Source of the DNA: Delftia acidovorans NBRC 14950
Lineage (GTDB): Bacteria > Pseudomonadota > Gammaproteobacteria > Burkholderiales > Burkholderiaceae_C
Assembly (NCBI RefSeq): GCF_001598795.1
Contig: NZ_BCZP01000031.1
Span: forward strand, 1 to 32,000
Length of the DNA stretch: 32,000 nt
Reading direction: 5' to 3'
In this document: in pieces, positions 6,638 through 15,412 of the stretch
Numbering within the stretch: position 1 is the stretch's first letter
Layout of the letters: each line of letters starts with the position of its first letter
The notes under the pieces: model-generated
Database searches by the model: none
What the model was told of the DNA's origin: nothing
The model's input: only the letters and a program-made list of their open reading frames with translations
Made by a program: the position numbers and the translations under genes

Positions 6638-8299
6638 TCACTGACGCTCTTCGACCGCCAGATCCTGCGGATGGCGGATCTGGTGGCGGGCCTCGAAGCT
6701 GGCGCTGGCGCCAGCGGCCAGCGGCTGCTGCCAGGCGATCATGCCGTTGCGGTCGTTCCAGCGCGTGGTGGCCGGCTGCGGGCTGTATTGGGACTGCACG
6801 CGGATCTGCTCGTTGCGCGAGACGGGTGCGGCGTCCACCACCTGCAGTTCGATGGCGCGGTCATGGCGGTTGTCCACCTGGAAGCGCCGCGTGACCTGGC
6901 GTTCGGTGCTGCTGCTGAGCAGGCCGCCGCTGCCCGTGGCCGAGTCCACGGGCAGGTTGCGCACGACCACCTTGTCGTCACGGCCGAAGGACAGGCCCTG
7001 GGCCAGCGCGGTGGCGTTGCCGAAGTCCAGCCGGCCCTGGCCGGCGAAGGCGCCGTCGCGGAACAGGGCCACGGGGCCTGCGGGCCAGACACCGGCCGGC
7101 ACGGCCAGCTGGGCCACCAGGTAGGCGGCCTCTTCCACGGCGGGCGCCGTGCGCGTGAGCAGGGTGGCCGGCAGGTTCTGCGAGCCCAGGGCCAGGGTCA
7201 CGCGCTCGCTGCTGGAGGGCACGCTGATGCGGTAGGGCACGGAGAACTGCGTGGCGTAGGCGGTGTTGAGGCTGGCGACATCGAGCACCGGCAGTTCGGC
7301 GGCCTCGCCGGCCGCCCCGGGCTTGCGGGCGCGCTCCAGCATCATCGCAGGGGCCGCCGGGGCCGGCGCTGGCGGAGGGGCCATGGCGGCCACGGGGCGG
7401 GGCCGTTCCACATCCAGCGTCCAGGGATTGGGCAGGCGCGCCTGCGTGCTGCGCGAAGGCTGGCCCGTGGACAGCAGCAGCTGCACCTGGCTCCAGTCCT
7501 CACCGCTGTTCTGGGCCACCAGGGCCAGGCGTTCGATGGCCACCGTGCCCTTGGCCGGGTCCAACTGGGCGCGGTAGGTGGGCTGCCAGCTCGGGCCGCG
7601 CACCTGGTAGGTGAGCTGCACATTGGCATCGGCCGGGCTGGCCAGTTGCACGGTGACCTTCATCACCTGGGCGTTGCCTGCGCCCGTGCGGTCGCGTTCG
7701 AGCTGCAGCGGCCTGAGCTGCTCCTGCAGCGCCTGCTTTTGCCGCAGGATCTGGTGGGCGCGCAGCGTGTTGCCACGGCTGGTGCTGCGCAGCGCCTCGG
7801 TGGCGGCGCCCAGCTGGCTGGCGGCGGGCAGGGCGGGGGCTTTGGCGTCATCGCCGGGCTTGGCCAGGCCCTGCAGGTAGTCGCCCACGAGCTTGGCGGC
7901 GGACTCGTCGGCCTCCAGCGCGGCCAGCTGGTCTTCCAGCGTGCGGATCTGCTGCTCCAGCGGGCTGGCGCAGGCCTTGGAGGCCAGTTCGCGCGGCTGC
8001 GACTGCAGCTTGTAGTCGCCCAGGCGCACGCCGGCATCGGCGCTGACCTGCAGGCTCTGCGGGTCGATGGAGCCGGGCAGGCACTCGAACACCAGCTGGC
8101 GCGTGGCGGCCGTGATGCGCGCCGTGCGCTCCACCGAGGCCACGCCCGCATACAGGGTGACGCGCGCGATGGGGGCGCGGGCGATGGTGGCTTCCTGGGC
8201 TTGTGCCTGGGCCTGGACCGGGGTGCCTGCCAGCAGGAAGCAGGCGGCGGCCAGGGCCGAGAGGGCGGGCAGGGCGGGCAGGGCGGAGCGTTGAACCAT
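6638..8299 (-). CDS. Secreted DUF4140/DUF4139 (MuiA-like) protein, 553 aa
   Basis: The ATG at 8299 follows AAGGA. A signal peptide is present (MVQRSALPALPALSALAAACFLLAGTPVQAQA). The N-terminal VTLYAGVASVERTARI...LPGSIDPQSLQV resembles DUF4140. A central coiled-coil-like, Gln/Leu/Ala-rich stretch follows. Confidence 0.8.
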   Translation of the reverse strand: MVQRSALPALPALSALAAACFLLAGTPVQAQAQAQEATIARAPIARVTLYAGVASVERTARITAATRQLVFECLPGSIDPQSLQVSADAGVRLGDYKLQSQPRELASKACASPLEQQIRTLEDQLAALEADESAAKLVGDYLQGLAKPGDDAKAPALPAASQLGAATEALRSTSRGNTLRAHQILRQKQALQEQLRPLQLERDRTGAGNAQVMKVTVQLASPADANVQLTYQVRGPSWQPTYRAQLDPAKGTVAIERLALVAQNSGEDWSQVQLLLSTGQPSRSTQARLPNPWTLDVERPRPVAAMAPPPAPAPAAPAMMLERARKPGAAGEAAELPVLDVASLNTAYATQFSVPYRISVPSSSERVTLALGSQNLPATLLTRTAPAVEEAAYLVAQLAVPAGVWPAGPVALFRDGAFAGQGRLDFGNATALAQGLSFGRDDKVVVRNLPVDSATGSGGLLSSSTERQVTRRFQVDNRHDRAIELQVVDAAPVSRNEQIRVQSQYSPQPATTRWNDRNGMIAWQQPLAAGASASFEARHQIRHPQDLAVEERQ

Positions 8300-8337
8300 G
8301 GGCAGTCCTTCTCGGATGAAAGTGGTTTGGCGCGGCG

Positions 8338-9303
8338 TCAGGCCGCAGCGAAGTGGTCGAATGAGGTCCACCGGGGCGCCATGGCCGCTCCGTCCGGGCC
8401 GATCAGCCGCAGGCCGGGCGGGGCCTCGGTGCAGCCGATGCGCGTGACGCGCGTGGCGGTGTCGCGGCCTGCGGCCTGCACGGCATCGCGCCGGTCGGCC
8501 GGGGCCGTGAAGCACAGCTCGTAGTCGTCGCCGCCGGACAGGGTGCACTGGTGCAGCAGGTCGATGGCCAGGGGCGTGTGCCGGCCGGCATCGAGCAGCG
8601 GCGTGACCAGGCGCGTGTCCAGGCTGGCGCCCACGCGGGATTGCTCGAGGATGTGGCCCAGGTCGCCCAGCAGGCCGTCGCTCACATCCAGCGCGCTGCT
8701 GGCAATGCCGCGCAGCGCCTGGCCCAGGGCCACGCGCGGCGTGGGCGCTTCCAGGCGCTGGCGCGCGGCGGCCAGCGTGCCGGGTGGCAAGGTGGTGTGG
8801 CCCAGCAGGGCTTCCAGCGCCAAGCGGGCATCGCCCAGGCTGCCGCTGACCCAGATGTCGTCGCCCGCGCGCGCGCCGCTGCGCAGCAGGGCCTGGCCGG
8901 GCGGCACCTCGCCGAAGACGGTGATGCAGATGTTCAAGGGCCCCTGGGTGGTGTCGCCGCCGACCAGCTCGCAGCCGTGGGCGTCGGCCAGGGCCAGCAG
9001 TCCGGCCGCAAACGCCTCGGTCCAGGCCGCATCGGCGCGCGGCAGGGACAGGGCCAGGGTGAAGGCCAGCGGGCGCGCGCCGCAGGCCGCCAGGTCGGAC
9101 AGGTTCACGGCCAGGGATTTGTGGCCCAGCAGGCGCGGGTCCACGTCGGCGAAGAAATGCCGGCCCTCGACCAGCATGTCGCTGGAGACGGCCAGCTGCA
9201 TGCCCGGCGCCGGGGCGAGCAGGGCGCAGTCATCGCCCACGCCCAGGGCGGCGCGGCGCACGGGGCGCTGGAAGAAGCGGCGGATCAGGTCGAATTCACC
9301 CAC
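8338..9303 (-). CDS. thiL: Thiamine-monophosphate kinase
   Basis: GEFDLIRRFF....LGVGDDCALL......LAVSSDMLVEGRHF...LGHKSLAVNLSDLAA.GA.P....L.LSLP...GGDTT.GPL is the canonical ThiL/AIR-synthase-like pattern. The start is GTG. Confidence 0.9.
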   Translation of the reverse strand: MGEFDLIRRFFQRPVRRAALGVGDDCALLAPAPGMQLAVSSDMLVEGRHFFADVDPRLLGHKSLAVNLSDLAACGARPLAFTLALSLPRADAAWTEAFAAGLLALADAHGCELVGGDTTQGPLNICITVFGEVPPGQALLRSGARAGDDIWVSGSLGDARLALEALLGHTTLPPGTLAAARQRLEAPTPRVALGQALRGIASSALDVSDGLLGDLGHILEQSRVGASLDTRLVTPLLDAGRHTPLAIDLLHQCTLSGGDDYELCFTAPADRRDAVQAAGRDTATRVTRIGCTEAPPGLRLIGPDGAAMAPRWTSFDHFAAA

Positions 9304-9368
9304 GGTGGCGGCTTTCGGATGCGTTTGGCGATCGGGCTATTGTGCTGCGAGGTTCGTGCTGCCCCGTA

Positions 9369-10268
9369 TCAGGTGGTCTCGCCCACACCGGGCCGATGCT
9401 CCAGCGCCAGCGCGTGGAAGGCCTGGGCGGCAGGCGACAGGCTGCGCTGGCGCCTGCGCACCAGGTACAGGTCGCGCCGGCGGTCGGCATCGGCCAGCGG
9501 GCGCGTCACCAGGCCGGGCTGCACGAAGTGGAACAGCGCCAGGGCCGGCACCACGCTGATGCCCAGGCCCGCGCGCACCATGCCCATCACGGTGGCCAGG
9601 TGCTCCACTTCCAGCAAGGTGTTGAGGGGCGGGGCCTGCTCCTGCGATTCCAGGTACTGGCGCACGCTGCTGTGGCGGGCGAGCTGGATGAAGGGTTGGT
9701 CCCGCAGGTCGGCCATGGTTGGCGCGGGCAGCGCTGCCAGCGCATGGTCGGCGCGGCAGACCAGGTGCAGCCGGTCGGCGCAGAACCATTCGGCCTGCAG
9801 CTCCTCGGTGTCGGCGCGGATGGCGGCCAGCGCCAGGTCGGCCTGGCCCGAGGCCACCTGGGCGATGCAGGACTCGGACAGCAGGTCCGACACCTGCAGC
9901 TGTATGCCCGGATGGCGCGCATGGAACAGTGCCAGCACGGGCGGCAGCCAGGCCGCCGCCAGCGAAGGCAGCAGGGCGATGGACACGCGCCCGCGCTGCA
10001 GCGCCGCCGCCTCGCGCAGGCCCTGCACGGCATCGCCCAGGTCGGCGCGAATGCGCTGCGCGGCATCGAGGAACTGCGCCCCCTCCTGCGTCAGCGCCAC
10101 ATGGCGCGTGCTGCGGTCGAACAGGCGCACGCCCACGCCGTCTTCCAGGCCCTTGATCAGGGCGCTGAAGGCCGGCTGCGACAGATGGCAGCGCTGCGCG
10201 GCCAGCGTGAAGCTGCTGAGCTGGGCCAGGGCGATGAAGGCATCGAGCTGGCGGGAGGAGATATTCAT
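9369..10268 (-). CDS. LysR-family transcriptional regulator
   Basis: MNISSRQLDAFIALAQLSSFTLAAQRCHLSQPAFSALIKGLEDGVGVRLFDRSTRHVALT is a LysR HTH, followed by a substrate-binding domain. The gene is divergent from the AtuA-like gene. Confidence 0.9.
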   Translation of the reverse strand: MNISSRQLDAFIALAQLSSFTLAAQRCHLSQPAFSALIKGLEDGVGVRLFDRSTRHVALTQEGAQFLDAAQRIRADLGDAVQGLREAAALQRGRVSIALLPSLAAAWLPPVLALFHARHPGIQLQVSDLLSESCIAQVASGQADLALAAIRADTEELQAEWFCADRLHLVCRADHALAALPAPTMADLRDQPFIQLARHSSVRQYLESQEQAPPLNTLLEVEHLATVMGMVRAGLGISVVPALALFHFVQPGLVTRPLADADRRRDLYLVRRRQRSLSPAAQAFHALALEHRPGVGETT

Positions 10269-10287
10269 CGGGTTTTTGGATGAGTTG

Positions 10288-10302
10288 ATCCGAATAATCG
10301 AT
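10288..10302. promoter_or_regulatory. Candidate LysR box (ATC-N9-GAT)
   Basis: ATCcgaataatcGAT lies in the 70-bp divergent intergenic region between the LysR start (10268) and the AtuA-like start (10339). It fits the T-N11-A / ATC-N9-GAT dyad typical of LysR sites. Confidence 0.3.
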
Positions 10303-10338
10303 TTCACAGATTAGCAGCCCTTGCCTACATTGGCCTGC

Positions 10339-11763
10339 ATGGACCACCTGGAAACCTCCTTTGCCCCGGACAAGCCCCCGCTGTGGGTGGGCTGCGCAGC
10401 CGGCTTCTCGGGCGACCGCACCGATGCCGCCGCGCCCGTGGTGCGCGCGCTGGCGGCCAGCGGCCATCGCGCCTGCCTGATCTTCGAGACCCTGGCCGAG
10501 CGCACGCTGGCGCTGGCCCAGCTCGCGCGCCGCGAGCAGCCCGACGCGGGCTATGAACCCCTGCTGGAGGACCTGCTGGAGCCCGTGCTGGCCGACTGCC
10601 TGGCGCATGGCATACGCATCGTCAGCAACTTCGGTGCCGCCAACCCCGAAGGTGCGGCGCGCTGCATCCAGCGGCTGGCGCAGCGCCTGGGCCTGCGCGT
10701 GCCGCGCATCGCCGTGGTGCATGGCGACGATGTCAGCGGCCCGGCGTACCGCGAGGCGCTGCGGGCCGCGCTGGGCGCGGAGTTTCCCGAGGATTCGCTG
10801 GTCAGTGCCAACGCCTACATCGGTGCCCGCGCGATTGCCGAGGCCCTGCAGGCCGGCGCCGAGATCGTGGTGGCCGGCCGCGTGTCCGACCCCTCGCTGA
10901 CCCTGGGACCGGCCATGGCGCATTTCGGCTGGGCCTGGGACGACTGGGACCGCCTGGCGCGCGCCACCATGGCAGGCCACCTGCTGGAATGCGGCGCCCA
11001 GGTCACGGGCGGCTACTTCGCCGACCCGGGCTTCAAGGACGTGCAGGGCCTGGCGCGGCTGGGCTATCCCATTGCCATCATCGAGCCCTCGGGCGACTGC
11101 ACCATCACCAAGCCCGAAGGCACGGGCGGCCTGGTCAGCGAACGCACGGTCAAGGAACAACTGCTGTACGAGGTGCACGACCCGGCCGCCTACCTGACGC
11201 CCGACGTGGTGGCCGACCTGTCCGAGGCCGAGGTGCACCAGGTGGGGCCTGACGCCGTGCGCCTGAGCGGCGTGCGCGGCCATGCGCACAACGGCCACTA
11301 CAAGGTCAATGTCTGCCATGCCTCGGGCTGGCTGGCCGAGGGTGAGATCTCCTATGCCGGCCCGCGCGCCCTGGAGCGCGCCCGGCTGGCCGGCGAGGTG
11401 CTGCGCGAGCGCCTGGGCGGCGAGGCCGCAGGCGACCTGCGCCTGGACTGGATCGGCGTGGCCAGCGTGCTGGGCGACGACGCCGGCCGCTGGCGCGACG
11501 CGCAGCCGGCCGGCGCAGCCGCCCCCCAGGACGTGCGTCTGCGCGCCGCCTGGCTGCGCCCCACGCAGGCCCAGGCGCGGCGCCTGCCGCGCGAGGTCAA
11601 TGCGCTGTACACCTGCGGGCCGGCCGGCGGCGGCGGCGTGCGCACGGCGCTGCGCGCGCGGCTGGGCACGGTGTCCTGCCTGCTGGCGCAGCAGAGCGTC
11701 GCCACCGGATGGAAGTGGGCCGAGGAAGAGGTCGGGAAAGAAGCCGGGGAGCACGCCGCATGA
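10339..11763 (+). CDS. AtuA-like (DUF1446) acyclic-terpene-utilisation family protein
   Basis: ...LWVGCAAGFSGDRTDAAAPVVRAL.......LIFETLAERTLALAQ... and its length (~474 aa) fit the DUF1446/AtuA family as I recall it. ATG at 10339 was chosen over the TTG at 10321. Confidence 0.75.
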   Translation: MDHLETSFAPDKPPLWVGCAAGFSGDRTDAAAPVVRALAASGHRACLIFETLAERTLALAQLARREQPDAGYEPLLEDLLEPVLADCLAHGIRIVSNFGAANPEGAARCIQRLAQRLGLRVPRIAVVHGDDVSGPAYREALRAALGAEFPEDSLVSANAYIGARAIAEALQAGAEIVVAGRVSDPSLTLGPAMAHFGWAWDDWDRLARATMAGHLLECGAQVTGGYFADPGFKDVQGLARLGYPIAIIEPSGDCTITKPEGTGGLVSERTVKEQLLYEVHDPAAYLTPDVVADLSEAEVHQVGPDAVRLSGVRGHAHNGHYKVNVCHASGWLAEGEISYAGPRALERARLAGEVLRERLGGEAAGDLRLDWIGVASVLGDDAGRWRDAQPAGAAAPQDVRLRAAWLRPTQAQARRLPREVNALYTCGPAGGGGVRTALRARLGTVSCLLAQQSVATGWKWAEEEVGKEAGEHAA

Positions 11764-12131
11764 ACACACTGCCAACCACGATGCCCGTCACCGTGCCGCT
11801 GTACCGCCTGGCGCACGGGCGCACGGGGGACAAGGGCAACCGCTCCAACATCAGCCTCATCGCCTGGAATGCCGCCTGCTGGCCCGTGCTGGTGGAGCAG
11901 ATCACCGAAGTGCGCGTGGCCGCGCACTTCGCAGCCCGGCGCCCTGCGCGCGTGCAGCGCTTCGTGCTGCAGCGCCTGCAGGCCATGAACTGGGTGCTGG
12001 ACGCGGTGCTGGACGGCGGCGTCAACGACGCGCTCAACCTCGACAGCCACGGCAAGGCGCTGTCGTACTGGCTGCTGCAGATGCAGGCCCACATACCGGC
12101 TTCGCTGCTGCCCCACCTGGCGCCGGAGTAG
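11760..12131 (+). CDS. DUF4387-like small partner protein of AtuA family (123 aa)
   Basis: ATGA overlap with the AtuA-like stop (11760-11763). ...LYRLAHGRTGDKGNRSNISLIA... fits the pattern usually seen in the small ORF that follows DUF1446 genes. Confidence 0.65.
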   Translation: MNTLPTTMPVTVPLYRLAHGRTGDKGNRSNISLIAWNAACWPVLVEQITEVRVAAHFAARRPARVQRFVLQRLQAMNWVLDAVLDGGVNDALNLDSHGKALSYWLLQMQAHIPASLLPHLAPE

Positions 12132-12179
12132 CAGGCAGCACCCGCCCGTCACACATTCATCACAACAAAGGAGACAGAC

Positions 12180-13163
12180 ATGCACTTTTCGCACAACTTC
12201 CCCCGCCGCCATGTGCTCGCGCTGGCCGCCTGCGCGCTGGCAGCCGCCGCAGCACCGGCGCTGGCACAGGACTATCCGTCCAAGCCCATCACCTTCGTCG
12301 TGCCGTTTGCGGCCGGCAGCGCCACCGACCAGCTGGCACGGGCGCTGGGCCAGGCCGTGACCACGGCGACCAAGCAGGCGGTGGTGGTCGAGAACAAGGG
12401 CGGCGCCAGCGGCATGATCGCGGCCCAGCAGGTGGCGCGCTCGGCGGCCGATGGCTACACGGTGCTGATCACCACCAACACCACGCATGCGGCCAACCAG
12501 CATCTGTACAAGAAGCTGCCCTATGACGCGGTCAAGGACTTCGCGCCCGTGGCCGGGCTGGGCAAGGGCGGCCAGGTGCTGGTGGTGCGCGCCGATGCGC
12601 CGTACAGGAACGTGGGCGACCTGCTGGCGGCGGCGAAGAAGCAGCCGGGCAAGCTGTCGTTCGGCAGCGGCAGCTCCTCCAGCCGCGTGGCCGGTGAAAT
12701 GCTCAAGCAGCTGGCCGGCGTGGACCTGATGCACGTGCCCTACAAGAGCAATCCGCTGGCCATCACCGACCTGCTGGGCGGCCAGATCGACCTGATGATC
12801 ACCGACACCTCCACCGGCGTGCCCCAGGTCAAGTCGGGCAAGCTGCGCGCCCTGGGCTACTCCACCACCAAACGCAGCCCGCAGCTGCCCGAGGTGCCCA
12901 CGCTGGAGGAAGCCGGCGTCAAGGGCTATGACATGGGCTACTGGTTCGCGGCCTACGCGCCCGCTGGCACGCCCGAGGCCGTGGTGGCCCGGCTCAACCG
13001 CCTGCTGTCCGACGCCGTGCACAGCGCGGGCGCCAAGTCCTTCTTCGAGATGTCCGGCTCCGAGGGCTGGACCGCAACGCCCCAGGAGCTGGCTGCCTTC
13101 CAGGCGGGCGAGACCCAGAAGTGGGGCCAGGTGATCAAGGCCGCCGGCATCCAGCCCGAGTAG
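12180..13163 (+). CDS. Bug-family (TctC-like) tripartite tricarboxylate transporter substrate-binding protein
   Basis: RBS AAGGAGA. Signal peptide ...ALAAAAAPALAQDYPSKPITFVVPFAAGSATD....ENKGGASG...VPYK is the hallmark Bug family pattern. Confidence 0.9.
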   Translation: MHFSHNFPRRHVLALAACALAAAAAPALAQDYPSKPITFVVPFAAGSATDQLARALGQAVTTATKQAVVVENKGGASGMIAAQQVARSAADGYTVLITTNTTHAANQHLYKKLPYDAVKDFAPVAGLGKGGQVLVVRADAPYRNVGDLLAAAKKQPGKLSFGSGSSSSRVAGEMLKQLAGVDLMHVPYKSNPLAITDLLGGQIDLMITDTSTGVPQVKSGKLRALGYSTTKRSPQLPEVPTLEEAGVKGYDMGYWFAAYAPAGTPEAVVARLNRLLSDAVHSAGAKSFFEMSGSEGWTATPQELAAFQAGETQKWGQVIKAAGIQPE

Positions 13164-13271
13164 GCCGCTCCCCGCTCTCCCGTTCCCTTTTTTTCCGAAC
13201 CGTCCTAGGCCGCCGCAATGCACGGCGGCCAGGGCGGAGCCTTGCCTGTGCCATGACCCCAAGGAGACAAC

Positions 13272-15392
13272 ATGCACATCAGATCCACCCATCCACTGGC
13301 CCTTGCCCTTGCCGCATCCGGCCTGCTGACCGCCTGCGGCGGCAGTGACTCGCCCGCCGGCTCGCAGGCGCCTCGCATGCAGCTGAGCATCAGCGCCACC
13401 GAGGACTTTGCCGGCAGCTACGGCAGTGTCGGCGCCTATGAGAAAGTGACCGGCGTGCTGCGCGGCGAGCTGGACCCGGCCGACCCGAAGAACGCCGTGA
13501 TCCAGGACCTGGCGCTGGCGCCCGTCAATGCGCGCGGCATGGTCGAGTACAGCACCGACTTCGTCATGCTCAAGCCCAAGGACATGTCCAAGGCCAGCGG
13601 CGTGCTGCGCTATGACGCGCCCAACCGCGGCAACATCCTGACCATGCCCAACCCCACGGCCACGCCCGGCGATGCGGTCTACCTGGAGCGCGGCTATGTG
13701 CTGCTGTACTCGGCCTGGCAGGGCGACGTGCCCAAGTCCACGCCCGCGCGCCTGACGGTCACCGTGCCCGTGGCCCGCAACAAGGACGGCAGCAGCATCA
13801 CGGGCAGCTACCGCACCGAGCTGGTCCCGGCCGCCGCCGTGCCCTCCATGACCCTGCCCGGCGGCGTGTTCAACGGGACCATGATCCCCTACGAGCCCGC
13901 CAGCCTGGACAACACGCAGGCCGGCTACTCGCTCACGCGCCGCATCAACGAAACCGATGCGCGCCAGACCGTGCCTGCGGGCGACTGGAAGTTCGCCAGC
14001 TGCGATGCCGCCGCCAATCCCTTCCCCGGCACACCCAGCGCCACCAATGTCTGCCTGAAGGGCGGGTTCGACCCGCAGTACCTCTACGAGCTGGTCTACG
14101 TGGCCAAGGACCCCAAGGTCATGGGCGTGGGCCTGGCCGCGCTGCGCGACACGGTGAGCTTCTTCCGCGCCAAGGCGGCCGACGCCGACGGCAAGGCCAA
14201 TCCGCTGGCCGGGCGCATCACGCACACCATCGGCCAGGGCACCTCGCAGTCGGGCAATGCCATGAAGACTTTCCTGCACCTGGGCTTCAACCAGGCGCTC
14301 GATGGCGGCAAGGTTTTCGACGGCATGTATGCCCATGTGGCCGCGCGCCAGACCAACATCAACACGCGCTTCGCCGTGCCCGGCGGCGGGGGCGGCCTGC
14401 GCACCGACCACACGGCCTTCGGACAGACCGCGCCGCGTGGCCTGGACAAGGACTACAGCGACGAGGTCAGCGGCCGCCAGGGCGGCGTGATGAAGCGCTG
14501 CGAAGCCAGCAACACCTGCCCCAAGTTCTTCCTGGGCCTGTCGGGCACGGAGTTCTGGCAGCTGCAGGGCTCGCCCGTGCTGACCGATGCCAATGGCCTG
14601 CGCGACATCGCCCAGCCCGCCAATGCGCGCATCTACTACTACGCCAGCACCCAGCACGGCGGCGCAGGCGGCACGGCCAGCATCGGCTATGCGCCCACGC
14701 GCAATGTCTATCCGGCCGGCACCGTGGTGCACTTCAACGACACGTTCCGCGCGCTGTTCGTCGCGCTGGAGGACTGGGTGGTGCGCGGCACCGAGCCGCC
14801 GGCCAGCCAGGTGCCCAAGCTGGCCGACGGCACCCTGGTGCGGCCCGACAAGCTGGTCTTTCCCGCCATGAAGGGCCTGAGCTGGAGCGTGGGCGGCGTG
14901 CAGACCGCCATCCCCGAGTTCCGCTACCTGGCGCGCCACAACGGCTTTGCGCTGCTCGACTTCGGCCCGCAGTACGTGCCGCAGGACGAAAGCGGCATCG
15001 CCACGCTGCAGCCGCCGCGCGCCACGGGCAAGGACTACGCCATCCTCGTGCCCCAGGTCGATGCGGCCACCGGCCTCACGCGCGCCGGCATCCGCAGCGT
15101 GGAGGCGCGGGCACCGCTGGGCACCAGCATGGAGTTCAACTACGTGGCCACGCCGGGCATCGTGGACCTGTCCAACCTCACGGGCAGCTTCATCCCCTTC
15201 CACAAGACGCGCGCGGCGCGGCTGGCGGCCGGTGACGCGCGGCCTTCACTGGAGGAGCTGTATGTTGATCAGGCCGGCTACGTGAGCGCCGTCACGGCCG
15301 CGGCCCAGGACCTGGTGCGCCAGCGCCTGCTGCTGCAGCGCGACGCCGACGCGCAGATCACCGCCGCGCGTGCGGCGGCGGTGCTGCCTTGA
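13272..15392 (+). CDS. Large lipoprotein, possibly alpha/beta-hydrolase-like (706 aa), function unknown
   Basis: RBS AAGGAGA. Lipobox LLTAC-GGSD. There is a nucleophile-elbow-like IGQGTSQSGN segment. Composition is balanced over 2.1 kb. Confidence 0.75.
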   Translation: MHIRSTHPLALALAASGLLTACGGSDSPAGSQAPRMQLSISATEDFAGSYGSVGAYEKVTGVLRGELDPADPKNAVIQDLALAPVNARGMVEYSTDFVMLKPKDMSKASGVLRYDAPNRGNILTMPNPTATPGDAVYLERGYVLLYSAWQGDVPKSTPARLTVTVPVARNKDGSSITGSYRTELVPAAAVPSMTLPGGVFNGTMIPYEPASLDNTQAGYSLTRRINETDARQTVPAGDWKFASCDAAANPFPGTPSATNVCLKGGFDPQYLYELVYVAKDPKVMGVGLAALRDTVSFFRAKAADADGKANPLAGRITHTIGQGTSQSGNAMKTFLHLGFNQALDGGKVFDGMYAHVAARQTNINTRFAVPGGGGGLRTDHTAFGQTAPRGLDKDYSDEVSGRQGGVMKRCEASNTCPKFFLGLSGTEFWQLQGSPVLTDANGLRDIAQPANARIYYYASTQHGGAGGTASIGYAPTRNVYPAGTVVHFNDTFRALFVALEDWVVRGTEPPASQVPKLADGTLVRPDKLVFPAMKGLSWSVGGVQTAIPEFRYLARHNGFALLDFGPQYVPQDESGIATLQPPRATGKDYAILVPQVDAATGLTRAGIRSVEARAPLGTSMEFNYVATPGIVDLSNLTGSFIPFHKTRAARLAAGDARPSLEELYVDQAGYVSAVTAAAQDLVRQRLLLQRDADAQITAARAAAVLP

Positions 15393-15411
15393 GCCTGCGC
15401 TGAACGCAGGC
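15393..15411. terminator. Hairpin between convergent genes (possible bidirectional terminator, no U-tract)
   Basis: gcctgcg-ctgaa-cgcaggc forms a 7-bp stem. It lies in the 20-bp gap between the convergent stops at 15392 and 15413. Confidence 0.3.
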
Positions 15412-15412
15412 C

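Noticed and set aside
5987-8524. 845-aa plus-strand ORF across the pgpA / DUF4139 region. Similar giants occur at 8551-10314 (+), 9337-11775 (-), 18177-20114 (+), 22944-25748 (-), 26583-29012 (+), 4276-5500 (-) and 16540-17760 (-).
   Set aside because: All are antisense or out of frame relative to genes with recognisable family motifs. All have low-complexity Arg/Gly/Ala/Pro/His-rich translations and no plausible RBS. They are GC-driven artefacts.
9304-9368. A possible TPP riboswitch upstream of thiL.
   Set aside because: The gap is only 65 nt and contains no recognisable THI-box (CTGAGA...ACCTGA-like) elements. thiL is not usually riboswitch-controlled.
13208-13230. An 8-bp GC hairpin (ggccgccg-caatgca-cggcggcc) after the Bug gene, considered as a rho-independent terminator.
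   Set aside because: No T-run follows it on either strand; the only T-run, at 13186-13196, precedes it. It may still be a weak attenuator or processing site, but the support is insufficient to call it.
11352-15203. 1283-aa minus-strand ORF, the longest in the window.
   Set aside because: Its composition is extremely Arg/Ala/Gly/His-rich and repetitive. It runs antisense to four well-supported plus-strand genes (AtuA-like, DUF4387, Bug, lipoprotein). This is a typical stop-free shadow frame in high-GC DNA.
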